Origin: an uncultured Pseudomonadales bacterium
Lineage (GTDB): Bacteria; Patescibacteriota; Microgenomatia; UBA1400; PJMF01
Length of the DNA: 64,000 nucleotides
Reading direction: 5' to 3'
NCBI GenBank assembly: GCA_964574595.1
Contig: CAZNOF010000003.1
Span: 9,715 to 73,714, forward strand
The notes beneath the pieces are model-generated. The model was given only the letters and a program-made list of their open reading frames with translations. It was not told the origin of the DNA and made no database searches. Position numbers and translations under genes: made by a program. Each line of letters opens with the position of its first letter. The stretch's first letter is position 1. Shown here piece by piece: positions 44,496-55,069 of the stretch.

Positions 44496-46301
44496 ATGTG
44501 CGGAATCGTAGGTGGTTTTGGCTCTCGTTGTCAAAAGCGAGACATTCTCACCGGACTTGAATTACTTCAACATCGTGGCAAAGACGAACAGTTTTTTGCC
44601 CAGTGTGCTTCTCACGCATTTTTGGGAATGAATCGGCTGAGCATTCAAGATTCTCAACCTGGTTTATATCCTTTCAAGTACAAGCAGTATTCTCTGCTTT
44701 TAAATGGTGAACTGTATAACTTAGCTGAACTCACAAAACACTTACTAAAAAAAGGAATTAAGTGCAAAACAAAATGCGATGCAGAGGTCATTCTCCCGCT
44801 ATTTGATTTGTATGGTAGTGAAGCGTTTAAAATGCTCGACGGCATGTTTGCTATTGCCATCTATGATGAACAAAGAAAAGCAATCTCACTCGCTCGCGAC
44901 TTATTCGGTGAGAAACCACTCTACTACACAGTTGTTGATGATTCACTCTTTTTTGCCTCTGAGACTCAAGCGCTTCCCGCCTTTACTCATCAAATTGATG
45001 AATCGGCTATTCCAGAGTTTTTGACGTTTGGTTTTTTGAATTCGAGTAGAACATTTTATAAGCAGGTAATGAAGGTTTTACCAGGCGAATTTGTCCAGAT
45101 ATCCCATGGCAAAGTCATAAAAAATCAGTTCGACGTGCTGAGCAATTACTTAGATACACGGCTTGATCAAGCTACAACGGAAAGCACATCAAATGAGTTA
45201 GAGAAACGACTGCAAAAGATTACTCATAAGAAAATTGCTGGTGAGTCACCCATAGGCCTCTTTTTGAGTGGTGGCTTGGATTCTAGTCTACTTGCTGCTT
45301 TGTTGCAGAAAGAAACTAAAAACAAGCTTTTTACGTACTCCATTGGCTTTGAAAAGGCAAACCATGATGAGAGCAGAGAAGCAAAACTCGTCTCCGAAAA
45401 ATTACAGACAAAACATCAGCACCTCCTTTTTTCAGAAAAAGAGATTGCTCCAATTTGGCATCAAATTCACTCAAGAGGCGATGAACCTTTCACTGATCCT
45501 GCTATCTTGCCGACCTTTCTTCTAGCAAAAGCCGCTAAAAAAGATGTTAAAGTCGTTTTAACTGGTGAAGGGGCAGATGAAATTTTTGGAGGCTATCGTA
45601 GGTATCAACGTTATTGCTTCAGTCAAAAAACACAAAATGATGCAATAGCAGATCTAATTGCAAAAAAACTACCAGTTCCCCTAAACCTTTTCAAACTCTT
45701 TGCTTCTCCCCAAAAATCTTACACGCCAGTCAGTTACGGCCTTTTCTGGAATACGCACCGGAAAGTATATCTCGATATGATCGAGAAAGTCTGGCAGGAG
45801 ACAATCGAACTAGAACCCAACATGAAAAATCTCTCAATCCCTCAATCGCTCCAGCTGCACGATTTACGCCATTATGTTTCTGAGCAGTTGTGTATGAAAA
45901 CAGACAAAATCTTAATGCAACATGATATTGAATCAAGAGCACCGTACCTTGATAAAACCCTGCTTCCGTACATGCAATTAGCTGGTCGTGACATGGCTTC
46001 TTCGCCAACAAGTGAAAATAAACAGTTGCTTCGTGAAGTTGCCAGCCGGTATTTACCAGACGAAATTGTTCATAAGCCTAAACACGGTTTTTCTTTGCCA
46101 ATTGGCGACCTGCTTCAGCACTCATTGCGAGAAGATGTGGAAAAATTGTATAAAGCGCACCCACTTCTGACAAATTACCTTAACCCAAAAGAGATTACAG
46201 CAGTGCTCGATTCTTTCTTTCAAGGGAATGTTCGTAAGAAAAATGATGTCTGGAACTTACTCACCATCAATACTTGGTTAACTGGCCAAAACAACCCTTA
46301 G
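44496..46301 (+). CDS. asnB: Asparagine synthase (glutamine-hydrolysing), AsnB family
   Basis: MCGIVGGFG N-terminal nucleophile Cys and SGGLDSS PP-loop motif. Confidence 0.85.
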   Translation: MCGIVGGFGSRCQKRDILTGLELLQHRGKDEQFFAQCASHAFLGMNRLSIQDSQPGLYPFKYKQYSLLLNGELYNLAELTKHLLKKGIKCKTKCDAEVILPLFDLYGSEAFKMLDGMFAIAIYDEQRKAISLARDLFGEKPLYYTVVDDSLFFASETQALPAFTHQIDESAIPEFLTFGFLNSSRTFYKQVMKVLPGEFVQISHGKVIKNQFDVLSNYLDTRLDQATTESTSNELEKRLQKITHKKIAGESPIGLFLSGGLDSSLLAALLQKETKNKLFTYSIGFEKANHDESREAKLVSEKLQTKHQHLLFSEKEIAPIWHQIHSRGDEPFTDPAILPTFLLAKAAKKDVKVVLTGEGADEIFGGYRRYQRYCFSQKTQNDAIADLIAKKLPVPLNLFKLFASPQKSYTPVSYGLFWNTHRKVYLDMIEKVWQETIELEPNMKNLSIPQSLQLHDLRHYVSEQLCMKTDKILMQHDIESRAPYLDKTLLPYMQLAGRDMASSPTSENKQLLREVASRYLPDEIVHKPKHGFSLPIGDLLQHSLREDVEKLYKAHPLLTNYLNPKEITAVLDSFFQGNVRKKNDVWNLLTINTWLTGQNNP

Positions 46302-47384
46302 AAATCGCTCTCTGTTAACTAGAGAAAAATCACGAATTACTTTTTGCTGAGCCCGCTCTCCCATTGTCTGGAGCTGTTTGGGATCTTTCAAAAGCATGTC
46401 CACCTTAGCGTAAAACTCCGAAATAGAGTCAAAAATAAAACCAGTGAATTGTTGCTCAATCACTTCATGAACGCCTGGAAAGTGAGCTGCAACTACTGGA
46501 AGTTGGTGAGCGGCCGCTTCCAAAATAATCATTGGCAAGCCTTCATTTTTTGATGGAAGAACTAGCATCCGACTTTGTTTGAAAAGAAGAGCAATTTCTG
46601 GCTTTGTTTTATATCCTAAAAAGTGAACTGATTTTCCCAGTCCATTTTTATGAACAAGTTCCTCTAAATAGGCTTTTTCAACGCCGTCACCCACCAAACC
46701 AACCTGAACAGCCACTCGTTTTTTCCGAAGGACACTAGCTAGTGCCAGAACGAGATCAATTCGCTTCTCTTTGGCAAATCGACCAACAAAAAGTAGATCA
46801 AACTTTTTCTCTTGATGGGGTGGCGAAACCTTTTGAAAATCGTACCAGCTTGGAATAATCTGTATCTTTTCTTTCGGAAGCTTAAATTGGTAAACAAGGT
46901 CCGCCTTCATTGCTTTCGTTAGAACCAGAATTGCATCAGCCTGTCGATAGAAAAACGAAACAATCCATCGCCAATAGCTTTTCTCATACTGAGCGATATA
47001 TTTTGATAAATAAATTTCTTCACTTATAGTGACCCGCACGCCAACTCCAACCACCTGAGCTAGTTTTTTGTAGAGCACAGCTAAACAAGAAAACCGATTT
47101 GAAAATGTTAGCAGATGGGTTGGACGCAAGCTCCAGAGATTTTTTAGTAACCAAATACCAAATTGCAGTTGCCCCCCCTGATACAGCTCTTGAGAAAACG
47201 AGTGAACTTGGAACAGGCTGCTTTTGGGAAGTTTCACTCTATTTGGGTAGCGTCTTTTCAACAGCAGGGTTACTTTTACGCCTGGAGTAGGCTGTTTCAA
47301 TAGCGAAGAAAGCAGTTCCTCTAGCCTGGTTTGAATACCGCCAAAGTCTAGATCCCACAAAATAATAACGAGGTGTTTTTGCAT
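46278..47384 (-). CDS. Glycosyltransferase family 4 (GT-B, group 1)
   Basis: C-terminal EGLPMIILEAAAHQLPVVA (GT4 E-x7-E region). Confidence 0.8.
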   Translation of the reverse strand: MQKHLVIILWDLDFGGIQTRLEELLSSLLKQPTPGVKVTLLLKRRYPNRVKLPKSSLFQVHSFSQELYQGGQLQFGIWLLKNLWSLRPTHLLTFSNRFSCLAVLYKKLAQVVGVGVRVTISEEIYLSKYIAQYEKSYWRWIVSFFYRQADAILVLTKAMKADLVYQFKLPKEKIQIIPSWYDFQKVSPPHQEKKFDLLFVGRFAKEKRIDLVLALASVLRKKRVAVQVGLVGDGVEKAYLEELVHKNGLGKSVHFLGYKTKPEIALLFKQSRMLVLPSKNEGLPMIILEAAAHQLPVVAAHFPGVHEVIEQQFTGFIFDSISEFYAKVDMLLKDPKQLQTMGERAQQKVIRDFSLVNRERFLRVVLAS

Positions 47385-47417
47385 GGTTGCGCCAGAGTAT
47401 ATACTTCACCACACAGA

Positions 47418-48278
47418 ATGAAAATTGTAATTGGCATCATTACTCACCAAAGACCTCAGCAGGTTCTTAGAATTGCTCGCTTACTAGCACCCCAGCTAGC
47501 AAGTGATGATGCTGTCTGGATCTTGGAGAACGGAAGTCGACAGCTTAATAAAAGAAGGCTTAAATCAATTCATTCTCAGATTTCTCTTTTCCATTTACCT
47601 GCCAAATCAATTCCAATAGCTCGTAATTATCTGTTTTCCCAGGCCAAAGTAGCTCACGATTTTTTACTATTTCTTGATGACGACGTGGTTGTTTCTCAAA
47701 ACTGGCTTTCTGAGTTAAAAAAGCAGTTGAAAGTTGCACAGTTAAACCAGACTGAAGTGGTGCAAGGCAACTTCCACAGTTTTCCAAAACAAAACATCTA
47801 CGCGCAAACAACTGAGATATTGACCCAACTATGGCTGGGCGAAAACATGATTGATCAATCTCATCTAAAAATACTTGATACCAAGCATGTTGCATTTAAC
47901 TTAAAAAGATTTCAGCGAGTTCGTGAGTTGTTTGATCCGACATTGTCATATGCGAGTGATATCGCTGCGGCAGCTCTATTAACTCAACGACATCATTTCT
48001 CAATTGTTTTTGCTCAAAACATCTCAGTTTTTCATCAAGAACGAACGCAGTGGTGGCAGTTTGTGCAACACCGGTATAGATTGTCTAAATCATTCCGAAA
48101 AGTTGCGGAAAAATATCCCAACTTTTTTGGATCAGCATCTACAAATCAAAAGTTTAGAACACTCTGGACGCAACTGAAAATGACGCCACTTCAAAAAACC
48201 TGGATTCTTTTCAATCTTCTGTTGATTTACGCTTCAGTTTGGGTGAGTAACTTAATAACTTCGCTTCTCCGCTTTTGA
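47418..48278 (+). CDS. Glycosyltransferase family 2
   Basis: Start trimmed to MKIVIGIITH; DxD region LFLDDDVVVSQNW. Confidence 0.6.
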   Translation: MKIVIGIITHQRPQQVLRIARLLAPQLASDDAVWILENGSRQLNKRRLKSIHSQISLFHLPAKSIPIARNYLFSQAKVAHDFLLFLDDDVVVSQNWLSELKKQLKVAQLNQTEVVQGNFHSFPKQNIYAQTTEILTQLWLGENMIDQSHLKILDTKHVAFNLKRFQRVRELFDPTLSYASDIAAAALLTQRHHFSIVFAQNISVFHQERTQWWQFVQHRYRLSKSFRKVAEKYPNFFGSASTNQKFRTLWTQLKMTPLQKTWILFNLLLIYASVWVSNLITSLLRF

Positions 48279-49303
48279 TCAAAATTCTTTTTTAAATACG
48301 CAAATGCTGAAAGCTGCATTTGATGATACATCTTGGAATTAGACCTGACAGTCAAGTATTTTTTGACCAGAAGCTTGACGTTCTTCTGGCAGAAACCTGT
48401 TTCACCATCTACCACCAGGTCTTGAATCCCAGGCACATTTTTCCCTAGAATCACACAACCATACCTCATCGCTTCAAGTCCAATCAGAGGCATTCCTTCG
48501 TATTTTGAAAGCAAGAGTAGAAATCTTGTCTTCTTCAGCTCTCTTGCGATTTGGTGAGATGGCGGGTAAATACTAATTGAGTTCGACAAACCAGCTTTTT
48601 TAATCGCCGTAGCCAGATGATTCTTCAGAACTCCTTCACCAAAAATTGCAAGTTTGGCTGAGATCTTTTTCTTTTTTAACTCTTTCATAAATTTGATGTA
48701 CAGCATCGGATCTTTTTGTGCCACAAGCCGTCCCGCAAACAGGAACTCTTCAGTTTTTTGATATTTTTTAAGTGACTTTTCTGGAACTTCTATCCAATTT
48801 GGCAAATAGCGTGCAGGAGGCGTGGGCACGTGCAGGCGCATGTAGAAATCATGCAGAGCAGCTTGTGATGGAGCTAATACTTCATCCGCAGTTGGATAAA
48901 GGTTTGACAGGAGTTTTGTACTATAAATCTGTTCTTTTCTTAGGTACGTATCGACATTTACCACCAATCTACTCTTGATAAATGGCAGGAATTTTTTCAC
49001 TTGTAAGAGAAAAATCGTGGTTTTTTCCAGTGAAACAAAAATTGACAAAGGTCGATATATCAAAATAATAAGCAGCAAGTAGTAATAATATCTTCTTTTA
49101 ATGAGATTTGGCAAAATCTGAGGACAATAGATGAACTGAACTCTAGAATCCAGCTCTGCAGACCGATCAAAGTTCTCCTTCTTTTCTAGATAGAGAATGA
49201 CCTTAACTTTTTTTGATTTGACTAAAGTGTTTGCTAAGTCAATAATCTTGGTTTGTACACCGCCTAAGCCGAGATTGTAGAATGGAAATAAAATTGTAAT
49301 CAT
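48227..49303 (-). CDS. Glycosyltransferase family 4
   Basis: MITILFPFYNLGLGGVQT N-terminus and YEGMPLIGLEAMRYGCVIL motif; start trimmed to the internal ATG 49303. Confidence 0.78.
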   Translation of the reverse strand: MITILFPFYNLGLGGVQTKIIDLANTLVKSKKVKVILYLEKKENFDRSAELDSRVQFIYCPQILPNLIKRRYYYYLLLIILIYRPLSIFVSLEKTTIFLLQVKKFLPFIKSRLVVNVDTYLRKEQIYSTKLLSNLYPTADEVLAPSQAALHDFYMRLHVPTPPARYLPNWIEVPEKSLKKYQKTEEFLFAGRLVAQKDPMLYIKFMKELKKKKISAKLAIFGEGVLKNHLATAIKKAGLSNSISIYPPSHQIARELKKTRFLLLLSKYEGMPLIGLEAMRYGCVILGKNVPGIQDLVVDGETGFCQKNVKLLVKKYLTVRSNSKMYHQMQLSAFAYLKKNFDQKRRSEVIKLLTQTEA

Positions 49304-50806
49304 ATGACTCGTCTTCGCACATACATCACTTGTTTTCTCCCAATTATTGCTATCACTATCTCTTTGTACATTACCCTGCAAACAGCATATCGGCAGCCAC
49401 TCTGGCTCGATGAACAATATTCACTTTTGTTTTCTCAAATGTTCTCACCTGGACAGCTCTTAATGAACTTCACTGCGGACATTCACCCCGGATTATATTA
49501 CCTTTATTTGAAATCGTTATTGTTAATCACACAAAGTCCCTTCGTTTTACGACTCCTCAGCTCTGTTGTACCTGCATATATCGGTTTATGTATGCTTTAT
49601 TGGTATGGCATAAGGCAGAAAAGCAAAAAATACCTCTTGCTTGCTGTTTCACTCCTAATGCTTCATCCACTCTTAATTAATGTCATTTGGCAGCTAAGAA
49701 TGTATGGACTAGTTGTGATGGTCATTTGCCTTTTCTACATTCTCTTGGATACGTGGCAAAAAACACAGAAACTCGGGTATTTACAATTATTGTCTGTTCT
49801 CCTGGTAATTACGGTGTTAATTGATTATTCGCTGCTATGGCTCCCTGCTGCGACAACCCTGCTTTTGCTTTTTGATCAACGAAAGAACTTGAAACAATGG
49901 GGGCTTGGACTTGGGGTACTTCTGCTATTGGCAACGCTTTTTTCATCCGGTCAAATTGGAAAGGATAAGCTGAACTTGGTTGGCTGGATTTCCACACCAA
50001 ATCTGGCATCAATCGCGTCAGTATATGGCACAATACTCGGCTTTTCCCAAGATTTTTTTGCCGTACACAAGCAACTGCAAATTGGCGATATGCTCTTTGA
50101 TGGTGTCCTAGTTATTTCACTAATTACGGCAGGACGATTCTTTTGGCAGAACCGAGCTAATCTTAACAAAGATAGCTCAGAACGAAATTTGCTGCTTTTT
50201 TCCATTGTCCCCATGCTGCTTCTTTTTCTGTTCTCGCTCGTACTTCCGATTCTGTCACATTTACCGTTTTTTTATCATTTCATTCCTGGGGTCTCTCTAT
50301 TCATTCCCCGAGTACAACTTGGGTTCTTCATGCTGGGCTCACTCTATCTTACAGAGTGCTTAGTAGTAAAAAAACAAACAAAATATTTGTTACCAATTGG
50401 CTTACTGATCGGATGTATTTGGGCAGTCAACAGTTACCGCTTTAACCTATCCCAACCGGTTGAAATTCCAACTGAACAGCTTCAAGTAGAAGAAACTCTA
50501 CTTAGGAATCACCCAGCAATTCTTTTTCCAAGTTGGCTCTATATTGAAACCCTCCAACCTGACAGACTCTCAGAAATTCCAGTGATAGCTAAACAAATTG
50601 AGGATGCAAAACAAGTAGAAAATGCTTTATCTGATACTCAAAAAATTTGCTCACTAGTGAAGGGGAAGAATGTCTCCACGAAAAAATTCATCACTGAAAA
50701 CTTAAAATGGGAAACAAAATTGATTGAATCTCAACTTCACACCTGCTGCGCGCTGACCAGTGAAATGAATGGGTTTGCTGAGTGGACTTGTCCATCTGCT
50801 CACTAG
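49304..50806 (+). CDS. Integral membrane protein, putative GT-C glycosyltransferase (PMT/ArnT-like)
   Basis: 500 aa, more than 10 TM, first-loop motif WLDEQYS. Confidence 0.45.
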   Translation: MTRLRTYITCFLPIIAITISLYITLQTAYRQPLWLDEQYSLLFSQMFSPGQLLMNFTADIHPGLYYLYLKSLLLITQSPFVLRLLSSVVPAYIGLCMLYWYGIRQKSKKYLLLAVSLLMLHPLLINVIWQLRMYGLVVMVICLFYILLDTWQKTQKLGYLQLLSVLLVITVLIDYSLLWLPAATTLLLLFDQRKNLKQWGLGLGVLLLLATLFSSGQIGKDKLNLVGWISTPNLASIASVYGTILGFSQDFFAVHKQLQIGDMLFDGVLVISLITAGRFFWQNRANLNKDSSERNLLLFSIVPMLLLFLFSLVLPILSHLPFFYHFIPGVSLFIPRVQLGFFMLGSLYLTECLVVKKQTKYLLPIGLLIGCIWAVNSYRFNLSQPVEIPTEQLQVEETLLRNHPAILFPSWLYIETLQPDRLSEIPVIAKQIEDAKQVENALSDTQKICSLVKGKNVSTKKFITENLKWETKLIESQLHTCCALTSEMNGFAEWTCPSAH

Positions 50807-51676
50807 CTATTCTGGCTTCACATCCATGAGTGTCATAAATACCGTAAAATCCGGGAAATCGAGATTCAGAAAGTGACCTAAGGTCAATGGCTCTTCTTCT
50901 CGATATAGATAGCGTCCATCAATCTGGGTTGTTATGAACCTCACCGTCAATTCTACTTGTTCTCTATCTGGATCAGGTGCTGAGACAATCGTATCTCCAG
51001 AAGGAAACTGCTGCTGACCAGCAGATTTTTTAACATCCAGAATTTCAGCAATGACATTCCCGTGATTGTCTTTAACAACCATCCCTTTTTTAACATTGTC
51101 TGCTAAAAAGGTTCGAATTCCTTTAAACCGAATGTTCAGTGGGTATTTAATATCCTCATTATATTGTGTTTCAAGCACTCCTTTGACAATAAAACTTTTC
51201 TTTTCTGGCTCCACAGAAGAGGCAGAAACGTCTATAACTACACCCTGTATGGAAACGCCACCTAGTTTGAATGTTTGCAGCTCACCAATTAAAACAGGGA
51301 TTCCATTGTAGAGATATTGATTCGAGGTCTTGTTATAAACAGAGCGAACTCTAATCGTCACGTACACAGCTTGGGTGGTATTTGTAACTGGGTAATAATT
51401 CAGCTTAGTAATTTCTAAGTTTGTTCTGCCTAGAAAGTCCTTATCTAAGGTACCTTCTTTTAGGTTCGCAATATACCAATCGGCTGGGTTGTTTTGCCAA
51501 AGTGGCAAGAATGTTTTTTCATTACTAATTCTGAGCGTGACATTGACATATTCAGTTCTTCTCAAAAAGGCAACAACAATGAGAACCACGCACGCTAAAA
51601 ATATTGCTACACCAATTAAATCAATTAAATGGAATTTAAGAATTCGTTTTTTGATTTGGGCTACTGTCTTATTCAT
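50807..51676 (-). CDS. hypothetical membrane-anchored protein (N-terminal TM, beta-rich ectodomain)
   Basis: 289 aa; TM LIDLIGVAIFLACVVLIVVAFL. Confidence 0.4.
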   Translation of the reverse strand: MNKTVAQIKKRILKFHLIDLIGVAIFLACVVLIVVAFLRRTEYVNVTLRISNEKTFLPLWQNNPADWYIANLKEGTLDKDFLGRTNLEITKLNYYPVTNTTQAVYVTIRVRSVYNKTSNQYLYNGIPVLIGELQTFKLGGVSIQGVVIDVSASSVEPEKKSFIVKGVLETQYNEDIKYPLNIRFKGIRTFLADNVKKGMVVKDNHGNVIAEILDVKKSAGQQQFPSGDTIVSAPDPDREQVELTVRFITTQIDGRYLYREEEPLTLGHFLNLDFPDFTVFMTLMDVKPE

Positions 51677-53183
51677 ATGATTTAACCTCAGCTAAAATTA
51701 AACTTAACACAATGTAATACGATATAAAGTTATTGAATGGTTGAAACAACATTGCAATAAACTGAGCAAGTAGAAGGCTAGCATACACCCACTTAAAAAA
51801 ATCGCTAGTTTTTGCTTTCCAGATGCGCCTGGTCACCCAATAGATTGCAACTGCCGTTGCCATGGCAGTAAGAGCACCTCGCTCAGATAAAAACAAATAA
51901 AATCCGTTGTGCACCGACTCTGGGAAATATGACATCACACCATAGGGATCATTTCGGTATGCCGTCGGAATGAACATGGCACTTCCAACACCCCACCACC
52001 AATTTTGTTGAATAATGGCGGTCGCTTCTGTGATTAATTGATTTCTAACCGTAAACCCTCCCGATTCACTAAAACTAAATTTACTTCTCCACAGTCTGTC
52101 ACCAACCATTAAACTCAAGAAGAAAACGAGCAAAAATATGGTGTATTTGTACGGTTCTAGCTTTTTATAAACGAACTGAGTGTATTTGATCAAACGTTTC
52201 ATTTGTGTCAAAAACAGGAGTGTGAGTCCTCCTGCCATACCCAAATAAATTGATCGACTCTGGCAGAGAAGTATGACGACTAAAACGATACCCGTCGTAT
52301 AAGAGAGCCAAATATTTCTTGTGCCAATATTTTCTTTTTCTTCTAAGTAAACCCAAATAAGTAGGAAACAACTGAGTAAAATGAGGAAATCGTTACCCAA
52401 GGTGTTTGCGTCACCTCTCAGGCCAATTGGTCGAAATTGATTTGCGTTTTCATCAGCACCCAAGCCAAAGTAGGGAATTTGCTCTGTCTGCTCTATCTTC
52501 AAACCAAGCGAAGATCTCTTAATTGTTTGAAGAAGCACAATCGACGAATGAAAAAGGAGTGCCAGCATAATTTGGATGAGCAAAAGAGAAAAAATAGTTC
52601 GTTTCTTTTTGGAGTTCTTGCAGTAATTAAAGACAATAAGACCCCAGGAAAGGACACCTAACTCCCAGCTTAGATATAAAATTGATAACGTTGGCAAAAC
52701 ACTTGATTTATAGGCTGAAAAGAGTCCCAAAGAGCAAACCAACAGAAAAAGAGCGAATGAGATTGGAACGCTCAATTTGCTTCTCATCTTCAAGATCAGC
52801 AGAGGGATAGCTACCATACAAATCACTAAAAATAGATAAAACGGGCTTAAAGTAAAATACAGTGATCTTCCTGGCTGATAAATCCTTCCCGATTCCGCAT
52901 GTTGCGGCACCACAATATACTGATACAACTGTCCAATATTAAAAAGACTCATTGGAAAAAAGGAAAAGACAAGTGACTCAAAAAAAGAGTTGGTAACAAA
53001 GAATAAAGCTAAGAAGAAAAGTATTGACCAGGCAAAGAAGGTTTTATTGTCCGTTAGTGCCACGGAACCGATGAAGTAGAATAGGGTCAGTAGGAGCTGT
53101 GGTTGCTGCCTCCAAGACGAAATTATGTATTCTAAAAACTTATTAAAACGAAGTCTCATTGTGTTTCCAAGTAATGAAGGCAA
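51669..53183 (-). CDS. Polytopic membrane protein, O-antigen ligase/polymerase (Wzy-like)
   Basis: 504 aa, about 12 TM with a large periplasmic loop near the C-terminal third. Confidence 0.45.
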   Translation of the reverse strand: MPSLLGNTMRLRFNKFLEYIISSWRQQPQLLLTLFYFIGSVALTDNKTFFAWSILFFLALFFVTNSFFESLVFSFFPMSLFNIGQLYQYIVVPQHAESGRIYQPGRSLYFTLSPFYLFLVICMVAIPLLILKMRSKLSVPISFALFLLVCSLGLFSAYKSSVLPTLSILYLSWELGVLSWGLIVFNYCKNSKKKRTIFSLLLIQIMLALLFHSSIVLLQTIKRSSLGLKIEQTEQIPYFGLGADENANQFRPIGLRGDANTLGNDFLILLSCFLLIWVYLEEKENIGTRNIWLSYTTGIVLVVILLCQSRSIYLGMAGGLTLLFLTQMKRLIKYTQFVYKKLEPYKYTIFLLVFFLSLMVGDRLWRSKFSFSESGGFTVRNQLITEATAIIQQNWWWGVGSAMFIPTAYRNDPYGVMSYFPESVHNGFYLFLSERGALTAMATAVAIYWVTRRIWKAKTSDFFKWVYASLLLAQFIAMLFQPFNNFISYYIVLSLILAEVKSYE

Positions 53184-54309
53184 ATCTGAGATTTGCGATT
53201 TTCTTTACCAAACTTGTCGTATCTTAGCAAAAAATAATCTTGTTATAGTCATCAATATTCAAAAAGCAAAAAGTTTTAAAGAAATCATAGAAAATCTGTT
53301 TCATAGTCAATCTGACTTTCAATTAGTGAAAAAACAGGAACAGGTATATTACTTTACACCAGTTTTGTTGCTACCTTTTCGCCGATTTCCAACGATTGTC
53401 AAAATAAATACAGTCATAAATATATTGATAATGCAACTTATTTTAGACATTTTCTTCAGACAGTATCAAAAAAGATTCCTTTGGTTTTTCTTTCCACAAT
53501 TAGCAGATCTTCACCAATATTTTGGGAAAACTTGGAAGACCATTTATGACGTCATAGATTTTTACACTTCCCCAAATCTACAAATCAATCAAAAACTAGA
53601 TGAGCAAAAGAAATACTTGCTGAACACTTCTTTTTTAGTGACTACCATTTCAGGGACACTCAAGTCTGTTTACCTCAAACTACATAAGAGAGAAATACAT
53701 GTTGTACCTCAGGGCTTCAACCAAGAAATGTTCCAGGTATCAAAAAAATCACCTCACATACCACTTCTTCAGCAAGATAAACCAATCATTGGATTTATTG
53801 GCCATATAAATGAGCGACTCGACTTCGCACTACTTTCAAAGCTCATCAAAAAGAATACTCAGTGGAGGTTTGTTTTTGTCGGTCCTAAAGAAACAAATAT
53901 TAATGTGGCGATTACTGAGAATCATGATCAAATAAATGAAATTTTAAACCATGATAATGTTGTTTGGATCGATGAACAGCCTAAAAATGTCATACCCTCT
54001 CTGATCAATCAGTTCTCTGTCTGTATGATTCCCTATGATATCCAATACGAGTTTAATCGTTACTGTTATCCCATGAAGGTATTTGAGTACTTTTATGCTC
54101 AAAAACCAGTTATCTCAACTGAAATCATTGAACTGAAGAAACTTCAGCCGCTTCTCTCAATCGCTAGATCTGCAAATGACTGGGAGAGAGAACTGAAGAA
54201 ACTCCTAAGTAGCCCATGGTCACAAAAAAATGGTTCACTCCAAAGGAAACGCGCGCTGGAGAACAGCTGGGAGAAAAAATTAGAGGCAATCAGCCAGTAT
54301 TTGGCGTAA
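53125..54309 (+). CDS. Glycosyltransferase (GT-B fold, group 1-like)
   Basis: IGFIGHINERLDFALL...FVFVGP region; the 5' end overlaps the divergent upstream gene by 59 nt, so the start is uncertain. Confidence 0.45.
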   Translation: MYSKNLLKRSLIVFPSNEGKSEICDFLYQTCRILAKNNLVIVINIQKAKSFKEIIENLFHSQSDFQLVKKQEQVYYFTPVLLLPFRRFPTIVKINTVINILIMQLILDIFFRQYQKRFLWFFFPQLADLHQYFGKTWKTIYDVIDFYTSPNLQINQKLDEQKKYLLNTSFLVTTISGTLKSVYLKLHKREIHVVPQGFNQEMFQVSKKSPHIPLLQQDKPIIGFIGHINERLDFALLSKLIKKNTQWRFVFVGPKETNINVAITENHDQINEILNHDNVVWIDEQPKNVIPSLINQFSVCMIPYDIQYEFNRYCYPMKVFEYFYAQKPVISTEIIELKKLQPLLSIARSANDWERELKKLLSSPWSQKNGSLQRKRALENSWEKKLEAISQYLA

Positions 54310-54346
54310 CTTTTCCTAAGCCAAATGGATGAAGCTTCAAAAATGA

Positions 54347-55069
54347 TTAACTAGCTCGATATTTTTTGATGACTTCTACTCCACCAATTTTTTTAATTTT
54401 CCCGCTATCCACCCATATAATTTTATTACAATTTTCTTCAAGAAATTCTAGCCAGTGAGAAACCACAATGATGGTTTTTTTCTGCTTGAATAGACTTTTA
54501 ATACGCTGACTCAATTTTTTTTGAAAGTTATCATCGCCTGCTGAAATTCCCTCATCCAATATTAACGTATCTGGATTAGCATGAATGGCAATCGCAAAAC
54601 CTAGCCGAAGTTTCATACCCTGAGAGTATGTATAAAGTGGAGTGTCAATAAATTTACCGATACCGGCAAACTCTACAATATCGGAAAACTGGGCAATTAT
54701 TTCCTTTTTGGTCATGCCAATGATCAACCCGTTCAAATAAATATTTTCCTCGCCGGTTAAATCCGGATGAAACCCTGCTTCTAAATCGATCAGTGAAACA
54801 ATACGCCCTTTTGTCTTAACAGAGCCAGTTGTTGGTGTAGAGATACCTGCTATAACCTTGAGCAAGGTTGTTTTTCCCGAACCATTTTTCCCAATGATTC
54901 CAATTTTCTCCCCTCTCTCTATTTCCAACGAGAGATCATTCAAAGCAGTAAACTGCTCAGAGTGAAACCCTTTCAGAATTTGCTCAGAAAAAGTCGGCTT
55001 TTGATGATGAAGCGTGTACTTTTTTGTCACGTGGTGAATATCAATTACAATGTCTTTTTTCATATCCAA
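54347..55069 (-). CDS. ABC transporter ATP-binding protein, polysaccharide/teichoic-acid export type (Wzt/TagH-like)
   Basis: Walker A GIIGKNGSGKTTLLKVIAG, signature LSQGMKLRLGFA, Walker B LILDEGIS. Confidence 0.85.
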   Translation of the reverse strand: MDMKKDIVIDIHHVTKKYTLHHQKPTFSEQILKGFHSEQFTALNDLSLEIERGEKIGIIGKNGSGKTTLLKVIAGISTPTTGSVKTKGRIVSLIDLEAGFHPDLTGEENIYLNGLIIGMTKKEIIAQFSDIVEFAGIGKFIDTPLYTYSQGMKLRLGFAIAIHANPDTLILDEGISAGDDNFQKKLSQRIKSLFKQKKTIIVVSHWLEFLEENCNKIIWVDSGKIKKIGGVEVIKKYRAS

